The notes under the pieces are model-generated. The model was given only the letters and a program-made list of their open reading frames with translations, was not told the origin of the DNA and did no database searches. DNA of 64,000 nucleotides from Eledone cirrhosa (lineage: Eukaryota): assembly GCA_964016885.1 (NCBI GenBank), contig OZ024752.1:43028001-43092000 (forward strand), read 5' to 3'. The position numbers and the translations under genes are program-made. Numbering within the stretch: position 1 is the stretch's first letter; every line of letters begins with the position of its first letter. Positions 15,796 through 31,474 of the stretch are shown one piece after another.

Positions 15796-16507
15796 AACAC
15801 ACACACACTCACACACACATATATATATGTATATATATATATATATGTATATACATATGTGTATATATATATATATGCGTGTGTGTGTACTGACGTGATG
15901 GTATATTCGTGGTGTGGTGTGATGGCGCGATGGCGTGATGGTATGGTGGTGTGTTGATGTGGTGGTATGGTGGTTTGGTGGTGTAACGGTGAAATGGTGT
16001 GGTGGTGTGGTGGCGTGACGGTGTGGTGGTGTGGTGGTGTAACGGTGTAATGGTGTGGTGGTGTGGTGGTGTGACGGTGTGGTGGTATGGTGGTGTGATG
16101 GTATGGTGGTGTATAGGTATGGTTGTATGGTGGTGTGGTGTGGTGGTGTAACGGCGTGGCGGGGTGGTGTGGTTGGTCAAGAGATCAATCAGTATATTTC
16201 CAATACTTTCACTTACAACTATATATAAGTTTACTCATCGTTTATATATCGATTTTTGCCATCTTTAACCAACAGATCGATAACCAAATTCCAGCCAAAA
16301 TCTTCAGTTTTTCATTTGTATTTTATTGTTTTTATTTTAGCTTATTTTTGTTGTTAATTCTTGTTAATATTATTAATAATTTCGTAATTATAAATTATTA
16401 TTATTATTATTATTATTATTTTGCCTTTCATCCTTACGGGGATAAAATAAAGTACCAGTAATGCACTGGGTAATTGCTGGCCTTGTGCCTAAAGTAGAAA
16501 CAATTAT

Positions 16508-16562
<55 letters not shown>

Positions 16563-16584
16563 GGTGGTGGTGGTGGTGGTGGTG

Positions 16585-16634
<50 letters not shown>

Positions 16635-17179
16635 GTTGTTGTTGTTATCTTCATCATTTGCTTTCTTTTCCCCCTGAATCAACTAATGGTGATTTTCGTG
16701 CATAGAATGATAAAATTGATACAAGACTGTAATAGAGACAACGCTATGTAATACAGGTTGTATGTCGCACGGGAATTCATTCGTTAAATATCACATAATC
16801 AATAAAAACGGCATATTTTCAATTCTCTGTATTCCAGCCTCTAAATGGTAAGATCAACAGAGGCTGTAGAATGGACAACACGTTGAGAACAATCTCGTGA
16901 AGGCCTTTTTTGTTTTTCTAATGAGTCGCAAAGGATGAAATTTGTAGAAAGAAAACTAATTTCTACAAATTTCATACTTGACGACTAGTTCCGTGAACAA
17001 GGAACTAACTAGTAACCTAAAACCTAAAAGTAAACATAAAAGAACAGCCGAACTCCCACTGTCATCGCCTCTAACTCTCTCGCCCTCCCCCATCTCACCG
17101 TATGGTGAGCAAATGGGGTCCCACGTGCTGGCCTCCCCCCCCCCCCCACAGCCCCATGGCGGACAGAATGGAGTTAGTC

Positions 17180-17189
17180 TGAATGTATG

Positions 17190-17225
<36 letters not shown>

Positions 17226-17799
17226 TGTATGTGTGTATGTGTGTATGTATGTATGTATGTATGTATGTATGTATGTATGTATGAATGTATGTATGTATGT
17301 GTGTATGTATGTATGTGTGTGTGTGTGTATGTATGTATGTACGTATGTATGTATGTATGTATGTGTGTGTGTATGTATGTGTGTATGTATGAATGTATGT
17401 ATGTATGTATGTATGAATGTATGTATGTATGTATGTATGTATGTATGTATGTATGTATGTATGTATGTATGTATGTATGTGTGTATGTATGTATGTATGT
17501 ATGTATGAATGTATGTGTGTATGTATGTATGTATGTATGTATGTATGTATGTATGTATGTATGTATGTATGTATGTATGTATGTATGTATGTATGTATGT
17601 ATGTGTGTATGTATGTATGTGTGAATGTATGTATGTATGTATGTATGTATGTATGTATGTATGTATGTATGTATGTGTGTATGTATGTGTGTATGTATGT
17701 ATGTATGTATGTATGTATGTATGTATGTATGTATGTATGTATGTATGAATGTATGTATGTATGTATGTATGTATGAATGTATGTATGTATGTATGTATG

Positions 17800-17832
<33 letters not shown>

Positions 17833-17895
17833 GTGTATGTATGTATGTATGTATGTATGTATGTATGTATGTATGAATGTATGTATGTATGTATG

Positions 17896-17926
<31 letters not shown>

Positions 17927-17971
17927 ATATGTATGTATGTATGTATGAATGTATGTATGTGTGTATGTATG

Positions 17972-18005
<34 letters not shown>

Positions 18006-18187
18006 TATATGTATGTATGTATGTATGTATGTACGTATGTATGTATGTATGTATGAATGTATGTATGTGTGTATGTATGTATATATGTATGTATATATGT
18101 ATGTATGTATGTATGTATGTGTGTATGTATGTATGTGTGTATGTATGTATGTATGTATGTATGTATGTATGTATGTATGTATGTATG

Positions 18188-18221
<34 letters not shown>

Positions 18222-18229
18222 TATGTATG

Positions 18230-18261
<32 letters not shown>

Positions 18262-18383
18262 CGTATGTATGAATGTATGTATGTATGTATGTATGTATGT
18301 ATGTATGTGTGTATGTATGTATGAATGTATGTATGTATGTATGTATGTATGTGTGTATGTATGTATATATGTATGTATGTATG

Positions 18384-18417
<34 letters not shown>

Positions 18418-18443
18418 TGTATGTATGTATGTATGTATGTATA
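17180..18443. repeat. (TATG)n microsatellite array, 1.26 kb
   Basis: Direct read. It abuts the 3' end of the CRE fragment at 18444. Confidence 0.95.
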
Positions 18444-18720
18444 CTTAATGAACACAACCACAAGGATATGGATGGTCCGAACGTGGAACAGCCGACGAGT
18501 TCCCACTGTCATCGCCCCCCCCCCCCCCCCATCTCACCGTAGAGTAAGCAAATGGGGTCCCACGTGCTGGCCTCCCCTCCCCTCCCCCCTCCCCCCCACA
18601 GCGGACAGAGTGGAGAAGGAGTTTCTCCTCCGGAGGAGGATGGTAAGGGAGAAGCGCTGGAAGAGCCATTCCAACTCGCGAGGCTCACACCTGCAGCTGG
18701 CCAACTCAACGCCTATGGTG
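18444..18720 (-). mobile_element. CRE-clade LINE 3' fragment
   Basis: The minus strand reads IGVELASCRCEPRELEWLFQRFSLTIL. It has the same 3' UTR as 345-520 and runs into (CATA)n. Confidence 0.7.
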
Positions 18721-18948
18721 GTTAGCTCCGTCGCGGTGGATTGGCACAGTTGTTAGAACTTCGGGACAATTGTATGACAGGTTTTTTTTTTGTTTTTTTT
18801 TTTTGTTCAGGCTCTTTTACTTTTTGAGTTCAAGTCTGCCGAGGTCAAACTTTCTCTTTCATCTCTCCGAGATTATTGAGAAAATAAAAGACCAATCATA
18901 AAGAGTCAAAAGTTAGCGCCCACGTTAGAAACTATTATTAGCTACCCT

Positions 18949-19137
18949 GGATTGGCTATATCGGTAGAGGGTCGGACGCCATGCTTTCCAGCATAGTTAT
19001 GTCCCTTTACGATCTGAGTTCAAATCCCGCCGAGGATGACTTTGCCTTTCATCCTTACGGGGGTCGATAAAATAAAGTACCAGTAATGCACTGGGGTAAA
19101 TTGCTGGCCTTGTGCCTAAAGTAGAAACAATTATTAG
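18949..19137 (+). mobile_element. tRNA-derived SINE, preceded by a diverged copy at ~18730-18940
   Basis: Same family as 5950-6137. Confidence 0.85.
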
Positions 19138-19138
19138 C

Positions 19139-19175
<37 letters not shown>

Positions 19176-19247
19176 ATCTCTTTCTTTCTTTAATTCTCTC
19201 CCCCCCCCTCTCTCTCGCTCTCTCTCTCGCTCTCTTTCTCTCTCGCT

Positions 19248-19292
<45 letters not shown>

Positions 19293-19327
19293 GCTCACTC
19301 TCTGCGCCATTTTACAATTAGTTTTAA

Positions 19328-19373
<46 letters not shown>

Positions 19374-19426
19374 GCTAGCTATCTATCTATTTCTCTCTCT
19401 CTCTCTCTCTCTCACTCTCGCTCTCC

Positions 19427-19488
<62 letters not shown>

Positions 19489-19678
19489 CTCTCTTTGCGC
19501 CATTTTCACGATTAGTTTTAATAAATAACATCACAAACTATTTCGTGTTCCGTTTCTATGTATGTATTAACAAAATCTTGTTTTTGAATTTGTGTTTCCG
19601 TTTATTGGTGGTGGAGGCGGTTGTGGCAGGGGTGATGGTGGTGGTGGTGCTGCTGGTGCTGCTGCTATCTCTCTCTCC

Positions 19679-19731
<53 letters not shown>

Positions 19732-19881
19732 GTATATGAAGGCGCGGGGCGTAACTGTTATAGGGTGGAACTCACAATCATAAGGTCGTGAACACGTGAT
19801 CTTGAGCAAAATGGAGGCTTGTGGGAGGACAGCTAAATCTATATAGATAGGAGCTGTAACAACATATATATATATATATAT

Positions 19882-20049
19882 AAGTTTATCCCGGGTTCAA
19901 TCGGGGGGGTAACCACAGTAAGTAAGGTACTCAATACAAAGCAGAGTATAAATATTTAATATAGAAAAGGCTTCTACAGGACTAGAGTTGTTTCATTCGG
20001 GAGAAATCGATGATTTCCCTCGAATGAAACAGTTCTAGTCCTGTAGAAG
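19882..20049 (-). mobile_element. Fold-back hammerhead element family A
   Basis: Inverted arms meet at GAAATCGATGATTTC, inside the CUGAUGA core. The GAAACAG-TTCTAGTC-CTGTA-GAAG motif is present on both arms (one diverged). The 3' end lies in (TA)n. Confidence 0.8.
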
Positions 20050-20149
20050 ACAAGAGATGTCCACATGAATGGACCTGTATTTTTATCTAAAGACATTTTT
20101 TCCAATTCCACCTCGCCCGTCCCCTCAATCTATCTTATTCATCATTCTT

Positions 20150-20185
20150 TCTTCTGATGAAGGACTAACGTCCGAAACGTTAAGA
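20150..20185 (+). ncRNA. Minimal type I hammerhead motif (family E)
   Basis: TCTT-CTGATGA-A-GGAC TAAC GTCC-GAAA-CG-TT^AAGA, with palindromic ACGT in place of stem III. The element's 3' end (TGTGTTGTTATTTCTGTTTA.CTTTTACA) recurs at 63974-64000 on minus. Confidence 0.7.
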
Positions 20186-20269
20186 CCCTCTTCCTGCCAT
20201 ATCAAGCGTTAACCTAATATATCCCTTCCATATACTGTACCTAATGTGTTGTTATTTCTGTTTATCTTT

Positions 20270-20381
<112 letters not shown>

Positions 20382-20453
20382 AACATGCAAACATACACAC
20401 ATTCATACATACATACATACATACATACATACATACATACATACATACATACA

Positions 20454-20484
<31 letters not shown>

Positions 20485-20759
20485 GCACTCTATAGAAAAT
20501 AAGTAATTACCCTTCTCGTTAACCTGTCATTCTCTTTGCAAATCCATCAATCCATAAATCCGCCATTCCAACATCACATCAACCCACTATCCTACCATTC
20601 CATCATTCCATTATTCCGAAATGTAACCCACGCATCCTTATCTGTCTTTTACCAATTCTGAACACCAGAAGATAACTTAACCAAACTGTGTATTCGGTAT
20701 TTTTGTATATTCAGCTGTCGTTATTTATTAGTATGTCTATATATATATATGTATATCTG

Positions 20760-20936
<177 letters not shown>

Positions 20937-20947
20937 ATATATATATG

Positions 20948-20989
<42 letters not shown>

Positions 20990-21015
20990 AACATTTACAT
21001 ATATAAACATATATA

Positions 21016-21085
<70 letters not shown>

Positions 21086-21140
21086 CATATACATATATAT
21101 AATATATAAAAACGAGCATATATATATATATATATATATA

Positions 21141-21360
21141 TGGGAAAAGTATGACCCCGACGGCAGAGCTCAAGCCGTTTCGACGGCTATTTCTGGACTA
21201 AATTAGAATTTTAATTTAGTCCAGAATTAGCCGTCGAAACGGCTTGAGCTCTGCCGTCGGGGTCATACTTTTTCCTATTTCCCACTCTACTACCCTAAGT
21301 ATTGAGTACTCTGTCTCTGGTGCGTTATGGTCCATCTGGTTCCTTACCACAATTCCTTTG

Positions 21361-21363
<3 letters not shown>
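21141..21363 (+). mobile_element. Fold-back element family B
   Basis: Near-perfect ~65-bp inverted arms, the GAAACGGC..GCCGTC^GGGG motif, and (TA)n on both sides. Confidence 0.8.
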
Positions 21364-21433
<70 letters not shown>

Positions 21434-21479
21434 CAAAACATAAGTCAATTGCATGAACTCATTCATAATCCTTTATTTA

Positions 21480-21647
<168 letters not shown>

Positions 21648-22090
21648 CACGCATGCACACAACGTAAAACCGAAATATCTATTGATTGCCTCCGTATGAA
21701 TGTGTGTACGTTATACGTGCTTGTACATGTGTGTGTGTACGTATGTATATCTGTGTGTGTGTACGTATGTATATCTGTGTGTGTGTAACACATTTGTCAT
21801 ACTACTGGTTGTTGTATAGTGAAACTAATGGCAGTCTGTTCAATTCCTGCGTGTGACTAATGAGGTCTCACTTGTTAAACATTACAAACAGCAGAACAAC
21901 AACATACACAGCAACAAAAACAACAGAAGCATAACAACTTCCACCAAAGCGTCTCATGAATATTAAGTAGGAAAGAGAAGTTAAAGTGAAAATGAAAGTG
22001 TGCCACGTGACTTTATAGATTACATGTCATTTATTCTTTCTCATCACATCTTACACATCTCTCTACCTCTATCTCACTGTCTCGTTCTGG

Positions 22091-22143
<53 letters not shown>

Positions 22144-22187
22144 ACTCTCTTTATTTTCTCTTTATATATATACAAATATGTGTGTGA

Positions 22188-22256
<69 letters not shown>

Positions 22257-22274
22257 TATATATATATTTATATC

Positions 22275-22308
<34 letters not shown>

Positions 22309-22338
22309 ATTATATATATATATATTTATATGTGTGTG

Positions 22339-22416
<78 letters not shown>

Positions 22417-22437
22417 ATATATTTATATCTGTGTGTG

Positions 22438-22483
<46 letters not shown>

Positions 22484-22511
22484 TATATATATATGTTTAT
22501 ATGTGTGTGTG

Positions 22512-22607
<96 letters not shown>

Positions 22608-22630
22608 TATATATATATAATTATATATAT

Positions 22631-22709
<79 letters not shown>

Positions 22710-22750
22710 CGCACATATAAATATATATATATAATTATATATATATAAAG

Positions 22751-22801
<51 letters not shown>

Positions 22802-22956
22802 CGTGTTTTGCAACGGATCACTTTGTGGCTCAATGAAAAGTTAATAGATTAAATAATCAGAGCTATATATCATAAAACATGTCTATAGCTAATTGGGAGA
22901 GGAAATGGTATATATTTTATCTGGTGATTCTATAGACATGTTTTATGATATATAAT

Positions 22957-23020
<64 letters not shown>

Positions 23021-23044
23021 CACACACATATAAATATATATATA

Positions 23045-23126
<82 letters not shown>

Positions 23127-23204
23127 TATATATATATTTATATGTGTGTGTATGTGTATGTATATATATATATATATATATATAATTATATATATATATT
23201 TATA

Positions 23205-23238
<34 letters not shown>

Positions 23239-23346
23239 ATTATATATATATATTTATATGTGTATGTATATATATATATAATTCATATATATATATATAA
23301 TTATATATATATATTTATATGTGTGTGTGTATGTATATATATATAT

Positions 23347-23377
<31 letters not shown>

Positions 23378-23395
23378 ATTCATATATATATATAA

Positions 23396-23540
<145 letters not shown>

Positions 23541-23734
23541 GGACACAAAAAGAAAGCGGCATTAGAAGGGACTGTGCCATAAATGAGAAGAAAACGTTGG
23601 AGAGAGCAAGGACTATTGAACTAATAAGCAACGGATGGAATAAAGAGAGAGAAGGTGACATACTCTACACCATGGTGAAGGCGACGTTTCAGCAGACGAG
23701 CTGCTGTCGTCATTCCGGTGGAAACCTCCGCGGA

Positions 23735-23845
23735 CAAAATTGCAAAGATATTTCCGTGGGCAATGGCCAGCGACACCTGCTGCAACAGCCATCCAGACTC
23801 GCAGGACTCCTTCCTCAGACGGGCTGCTGTCGTCATTCCGATGAA
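23735..23845 (-). mobile_element. Diverged CRE-like RLE C-terminal fragment
   Basis: ESCESGWLLQQVSLAIAHGNIFAILSA resembles EPRELEWLFQRISLAVLRGNAFSILSA. Confidence 0.45.
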
Positions 23846-24386
23846 ATACTCAACCACTCACATGCATATTTTTAAGACTAAGCCGTTGCTTTGGCCCAAC
23901 AACCGGAGCCCTCATTATCGAAACCTACAAAGGTCCATATATTTTATTAAAATTAATTAATTTTTTTTTTTTAGTTAATCATTGTGGAATTTTTTTATAA
24001 CTAAAGACTTTTTTTAATCTAGTCATGTTTTGCGCTGTGTAATATAACGAGTTGCAATGACTCGATGTTGTAAATGCATGGTCAGTCAACAAGATAATGT
24101 GAAGCTTGTCTGTCCAATCTAACCGTTCGAATCATTAAGTTTACAACTTTCATGTCTGCATATAAATCTTTAAACTAAAACAGTCGTTTGAAGTTTAATC
24201 AGCTCCTTGTGAAATTATGGTATGTTACTGATGAATAGAATGTGTTTTGTAATACATTAATTATTCTGAATTATAATTGGTTGTAATGAAGATTATTTAA
24301 TCAGTCGTTCTCTCTATCTATGTCCAACTATCTTTCTATCTCTCTCTATCTATCTATCTATCCATCTATCTATCTATCTGACTCTT

Positions 24387-24460
<74 letters not shown>

Positions 24461-24514
24461 TCTCTCTCTCTCTCTCTTTCTATTTGTTACTCTCTGACAT
24501 TCTCCCGTATTATA

Positions 24515-24643
<129 letters not shown>

Positions 24644-24785
24644 ATAAAATTTCTGTCTTGACTTTTTTTGAATTGATTTAGAATTATTTTCCCATATCTT
24701 ACGTTAAATATTTTCCATCTTGACGGTATAGTCACTTATATATTATGAAATACTGTTGGCTTCTTGCTCACATTAATTTCTCTAT

Positions 24786-24829
<44 letters not shown>

Positions 24830-24833
<4 letters not shown>

Positions 24834-24971
24834 CGAAGGAAATGTGGTAAGGAACCAGATGGACCATAACGCACCAAAGTACTCAATACTTAGGGTAGTA
24901 GAGTGGGTAATAGGAACAAGTAGGACCCCGACGGCTGAGCTCAAGCCGTTTCGACGGGGTCCTACTTGTTC

Positions 24972-24974
<3 letters not shown>
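24830..24974 (-). mobile_element. Fold-back element family B
   Basis: Reverse complement of the family B consensus with a short inverted arm, in (TA)n. Confidence 0.8.
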
Positions 24975-25017
<43 letters not shown>

Positions 25018-25358
25018 TTTATATACTTTATACACATTATAAAACATTTTTTTAAAAAAGAATTGTCCCTCTCATTTTTTCAATAATGTTATTTTTCAAT
25101 AATGTCACTTTGACGAATCAAAGGAAGGATAAAAAAAGAAATACAGACCCTTAAATATATTTTCCGTTCTATGGTAGCAGAGGGATGTAAAACATTCAAA
25201 CGATCATTCGAGAATATTTCTATAAAACATAAACAGATAGTTTGAAACGTAACAATATGGATTCACTAAAAACTTATCTCCCTTTACCGAATTATACCCT
25301 GTATATCTCTATATTTATATGGTGGCTTTTACGACTGACAACACCTCAAATATATCAA

Positions 25359-25418
<60 letters not shown>

Positions 25419-25463
25419 GTTGAATAATTGTTTTTCTGGTCTTAACTAGTAATATCTCATCCA

Positions 25464-25567
<104 letters not shown>

Positions 25568-25640
25568 TATATAGATATATATAGATATATAGATATATAG
25601 ATAGATACATAGATATATAGATATAGATATAGATATATAA

Positions 25641-25694
<54 letters not shown>

Positions 25695-25734
25695 ACATAG
25701 ATATATAGATATACATATAGATATATAAATACAT

Positions 25735-25853
<119 letters not shown>

Positions 25854-26082
25854 TACATATATATATGCATATATATATGTATATATATATATATATGTGT
25901 GTGTGTGTTAGGAAAAATCAAAGGAAAAAAAAGTACTCTATGTATAGAACAGAGCCATTTAATTAGAAATATATATATGAAAGAATTTATGATTCTGTAT
26001 AAGTACGACAAATGTCTTTCTTCTGTGTGTCTGTGAATGTGTGTGCGAGTGCATATGTGTTAGTCGGCATCAGTATATATGC

Positions 26083-26117
<35 letters not shown>

Positions 26118-26781
26118 CATACATACATACATACATACATACATACATACATACATACATACATACATACATGCATACATACATACATACATACATACAT
26201 ACATACATACATACATACATACATACATACATACGCGTATAGCTGCATCGCTCTTCACTTCATATATTTGTGTGCCTCTAGTCTATGCTTTCTAGAAAAG
26301 CAGCATATCTCTTTTGGAGAAAGCATTTAATAGAGGGGAAACGAAAAGAAATCAATAAGTTTTAGCGAAGGTGTGAAGAAGATAATGAAATATAATTATT
26401 TAGAAATTCATCGCAGTCAGACCATTCATTCATGACAGCAAAACTGAATAAATAACGTTTAAGTGTAGACGTAAGTTTTTATGTCTTTATGAGAAGTTAT
26501 GGACGTTTCTGCTGAAGTAGCAACCATTTTGTTCTCTTGTTAGTGGAATTTTATTTCAATGTGTGATGCTGGTGATGGAGGTTTGGTCTCTGGTGGTGGT
26601 GGTGCAGGTGGGGGGTGGTAGTTTTGGTAGTGATGGTGTTGGTGGTGGTGGTGAGGGTGTTGGTGGTGGTGGTGGTGGTGCTTTTGGTGGTGGTGATGGT
26701 GTTTTGTGGTGGGGCGAGAGTTACGTTACGTATGTTCTTATATGTAGTGTGGTGCGGTGTTTGTGTTTGCGTGTGGATGTC

Positions 26782-26836
<55 letters not shown>

Positions 26837-27101
26837 GTGTGTGTGTGAATATATATATATGTGTGTGTATGTATGTACATACACACGTATATATGTATCT
26901 ATATATATATATATATATATGCACATATACGAGGATGGGAGAAAAGTTCGTGGGCTGACTATGAAGGGGTGATGTTAGAGCCGTGAAATCTTGCATGCAT
27001 TAATTTCACTTCTTATTAATGCTTGTAAATTGTGTAGTATTATTTATCTCCCTTCAACAGTTTTATGTCGTACATATACAGATAGATAGATAGATAAATA
27101 G

Positions 27102-27189
<88 letters not shown>

Positions 27190-27191
<2 letters not shown>

Positions 27192-30100
27192 TTCTTTATT
27201 TACCATAAAGGCATAAAAAGAAGGGACAAATACAAAGGGGGAGTTTACATATAATCGAGTAAAAAGGGTGTAACATGAAAATAATCGAAAATAACCTCAA
27301 AAGGGAGGGGACGTGATGGGGGTTGCACACACCCCCGAAAAAGTGTGCAATCCTTTGCCCGGGGAGCACATGGAGAAGGTGCTCCCCTCTCCTTTACTTC
27401 TTTACCTACAGGATGGTATACAGAGAAGGCCCATTTACACGAGCCATTCTCGCCACTATCACCCACCTTTCATAAAACTGCCTGTGGCCAAGCACCTCTC
27501 TCTCCATTCTTATCCTTCTTCCGAAGTGATATCGGAAGAAGTAGACCAGACTATGGCCAGAGAGGAAGTTGCCTGACCTCAGACCTTTCAATCGTGTCCA
27601 CCAAACAACCTCTTTCAACATGGCTATTACGCACAGAAAAACCGCCTTTGCTTCCTTTGTGAAGAGGGGAGGCGGTTTGATTGTCATCACGGACTCGGCG
27701 GTCAATTTAATCGGCGCCACCCGCGACAGCAGTTGTTCGGCGTAGCCCCACAGATCAGCCACGCCAGGACATTGCACCAATGCGTGCGCCACGGTTTCTT
27801 CGTGACGCACGCATCTAGGGCAAATCTTTTTTGAGGGATCCCTGCCCGGGCGCCCGTGTCTGTAGAGCCTCTCTCGAACGGGTAGAGCCCCTCGGTAGCA
27901 CTGCCAGGCCAGTGACTTCTGGAAGTTGTCCATTGGTCCTGGGCCGAAAGTCCTACCGAACAGGCTGGCCAGTTCGTCTTCCTCCATGTCCAGCGACTCT
28001 CCAAGGGTGTCATCGCCCCTGCTAGCCACCAGCCCTCTATAGAATGATGAGGTGGATTCTCCACCGATGGCCCGGCCCGCTTGCCAGAGAGCCCTGAGCG
28101 CCTGAGCACACTCAGTGTGCCAGTCTCCCAGTTTTCCGGATCTTTGCTTGACCCAGGACTGTAGCTCGGTGAGTGAGACGAGTCTCGGAAAGGCTCGTTT
28201 CACGAACGGAGCCCACACCGGTTGACCAGTGAGGAATACCTGTAGGTGCCGTAGCCTTAATGCGTGCCTACGCATCATCAACCACGGCATCCCCAGCCCT
28301 CCTTTCGAAGGTTGTTGGCAGCAGATGGATCTTCTCACCATAGGAGGACGCTTCTTCCAAAGAAATTGGAAGAGCATGCGTTCCATGGTGGTGAGTGTTT
28401 CCTTAGGGCAAGGCACGACAGTCAGGCGGTAGTAAGTGACGGACGCTATGTAAATGTTCGCCACCTCCGCCCGGCCTTTTAGGGACAGCTTACACTTGGC
28501 CCATTTCTGGGTTAGTGCAAACACCTTGTTCGTAACCTCGTTCCAGTTCTTTTCCACCTGGAGGTCCGGTCCAAACCAGACCCCAAGCAACTTTACCGGG
28601 CCCTCCGTCCAGTGTCCGACGACACCGTCAGGAGGCATCGGTCTGCCTCTCCACGTTCCGAGTTGCAGCCCGATGGATTTTTCCCGGTTCAGTTTCGCTC
28701 CTGACAACCTTTCGTACTCCTCCAGTAAGGTACCGATCGCCTCGATCTCCGAGTCGGTTGATACCATTACTGTTACGTCATCGGCGTAGGCCGACACCGC
28801 TTTGCTCAATCCTGGTTCCAGGGGGATACCCTGCAACAACTCCAACTTCCTCAGTAAAGGCTCGAGAAGGGAGGAGAGAGGGCACCCCTGTCGAATGGAT
28901 CGTGTGATTTCGAACGGCTTCGAAAGGTAGCCGTTCACCTTGATCCTAGAACAGATGTGGTTGCTATGTAGGGCAGTGATCCAGCCTCTGAAAACAGGAC
29001 CGAACCCAGCCGCCGCTAGCACCGCATCCAGGTAACCATGGTCGACCCTATCGAAGGCCTTAGACTGATCCAAGTTGATCAGGGCCCCACCGAAGCCGGG
29101 TTTGTTGCCAACCCTCTCTATGATGTATCGCATGAGGTGGAGGTTATCGTGAATGGACCTGGATGGGATAGCACATGTCTGCGCATCTCCCACCAGGCCA
29201 CCCACGACAAGCGCCAACCTCTTTGCTAACACCTTGGCCAAAATCTTTAACTCTGTGTTTAGCAGGGTTATGGGCCGAAAATTATTTATACTATCCCCCT
29301 TGTTCTCGTCCTTCCTCACCAGCGTGACTACGCCCTTGGCTACAGAACAAGGAATTCTCCCGTTCTGCTGCCAATTGCAGTAGACCGCTTCGAGGAGTTC
29401 GGAGAAGAAGACCGGCATTGCTAAATAAAGTTCGTAAGGTATACCATCGAGACCTGGAGATTTGCGTCTGCTGCATTGGCTCAGCGCATCTCCGATCTCA
29501 TCAGCCGAGATTGGTCCCTCGCAGGACTCTGCCTCTTTGTTCGAGAGACGCGGCAGGCCGTCGAGGTATGGACCGAAATCCACGCCCCGGCCCGGACCCT
29601 CGCCTCCCCCGAACAATCGGGCAAAGTGCTTTTGAAAGGCCTCGCACATCTGCTTAGGCTCCCGGATCACTCGTCCATCTTCGTCTTGCAACGACCGGAT
29701 GGTGGATCGATTTCCACTTTTAGCTTCTGTCACGCGGGCCCATCCAACGGCTTTGGCCCCCTCATTACCTAGAGCACGTATTTTACTTCGAATGACGCAG
29801 CCTTCATGCTTTGCATCGAAAAACTGGTTCAAGGCCGTCCTCGATGCCAGCACTCTGGCCACATCTTCGCTCTTGATTGCCTCTTCTAATTTACCTGTTA
29901 ATTCTTTCTCGTTTCTATTCCTATTGGCAGCTAACATCTTGCTATAACTTATTGATTCTGTTCTAATCTCTCTTTTGAGAGATGCCCACCATCGGTTGTT
30001 GACGATTGCACCCGTCAACCTCTCCTTAACTAATCTGCTAATCCGGTTTCTGTAAGTCTCTTTTGCCGGTAAAGACAAATTAAGTTTCCAGTAACCGGGA

Positions 30101-30221
30101 CCCTGTCTATGTGTTTTCTCGAGATTGACCACGCAGGTCACTAATTTGTGATCCGTGTAGCCAACCGTGCGCATTTCTGGACAGCTTAATATGTCCCTAT
30201 CCTTACTTCTAACTAAGAATC

Positions 30222-30222
<1 letters not shown>
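27190..30222 (-). mobile_element. 5'-truncated Tx1/L1-clade LINE inserted in (TAGA)n
   Basis: ORF2 remnant plus 3' UTR, with (TAGA)n at both ends (27079-27190 and 30222-30274). Confidence 0.92.
27406..30222 (-). pseudogene. LINE ORF2: end of APE endonuclease, reverse transcriptase and CCHC zinc knuckle
   Basis: Motifs [54 protein letters not shown] and CPRC...[11 protein letters not shown]. The N-terminal ~170 aa of the tracked ORF are microsatellite read-through. A short in-frame deletion appears after QGCPLS. Confidence 0.9.
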
Positions 30223-30275
<53 letters not shown>

Positions 30276-30356
30276 CACGAACACCCATACAAATTTCCAG
30301 ACAAGTATATATATAGATAAATTCAATATACATACATATATATATGTGTGTGTGTT

Positions 30357-30392
<36 letters not shown>

Positions 30393-30513
30393 CACACACA
30401 CACACATATATGTATGTATGTATATATATGTGTGTGTGTGCGTGTGTGTGTGTGTCTATATGTGTTAATACACACACACACATATATATATATACATATA
30501 TATATATATACAT

Positions 30514-30606
<93 letters not shown>

Positions 30607-30847
30607 TATACATATATATACATATATATACATATATATACATACATATATACATATATATATATATAAATAAAGATTTACATATACACAAACAAAATGG
30701 TGTATATATATATTATCAAATGATTCTATGGACATACTTTATAGTATATATATATATATATATATATATACATACATATATATATATATATATTTATTAA
30801 TATGCATATATGCATACATATATGTATATATATATATATATACATAG

Positions 30848-30880
<33 letters not shown>

Positions 30881-30895
30881 TATATACATATATAT

Positions 30896-30928
<33 letters not shown>

Positions 30929-30951
30929 CATACATACATATACATATATAT

Positions 30952-31030
<79 letters not shown>

Positions 31031-31390
31031 TACATATTAATAAATTTAATTATCAATCTTGGTTCCATAGAAAAATGTATTTCTGTGTGAGAGCCGTGCT
31101 GACCATAAATCATAGAAATCCGTAAGTAGCAGACGACAGTAAGTCACATACTTTCTAATTCGGTTGCCTACAAAGGCGCCATTATGATAAAATAGTGATT
31201 TAATGAATAAATTTGTGTCTATAAATGTTCGCATAAGTCTTCCCATGTATTTTGGAAGTAAGTGTGTGAAGGTGATGGCGACTGACAGACAGACAGACAG
31301 ACAGAGAGACGGGTACAGAGGTAGACAGACAGACAGTCAGACAGACTGACTGAGAGACAGACAATCAGAGAGACAGCCAGAGGGAGATAC

Positions 31391-31461
<71 letters not shown>

Positions 31462-31474
31462 GAAGTTGGAAATA

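Noticed and set aside
15200-16290. Possible minus-strand exons (donor-like sites near 15200 and 16215)
   Set aside because: Only very short or stop-containing frames, so they are unsupported.
21141-21280. Palindromic elements interpreted as MITEs with TIRs or as miRNA hairpins
   Set aside because: The arms are asymmetric with a unique 3' body, junctions differ between copies, and hammerhead motifs are present. This fits fold-back retro-insertions better.
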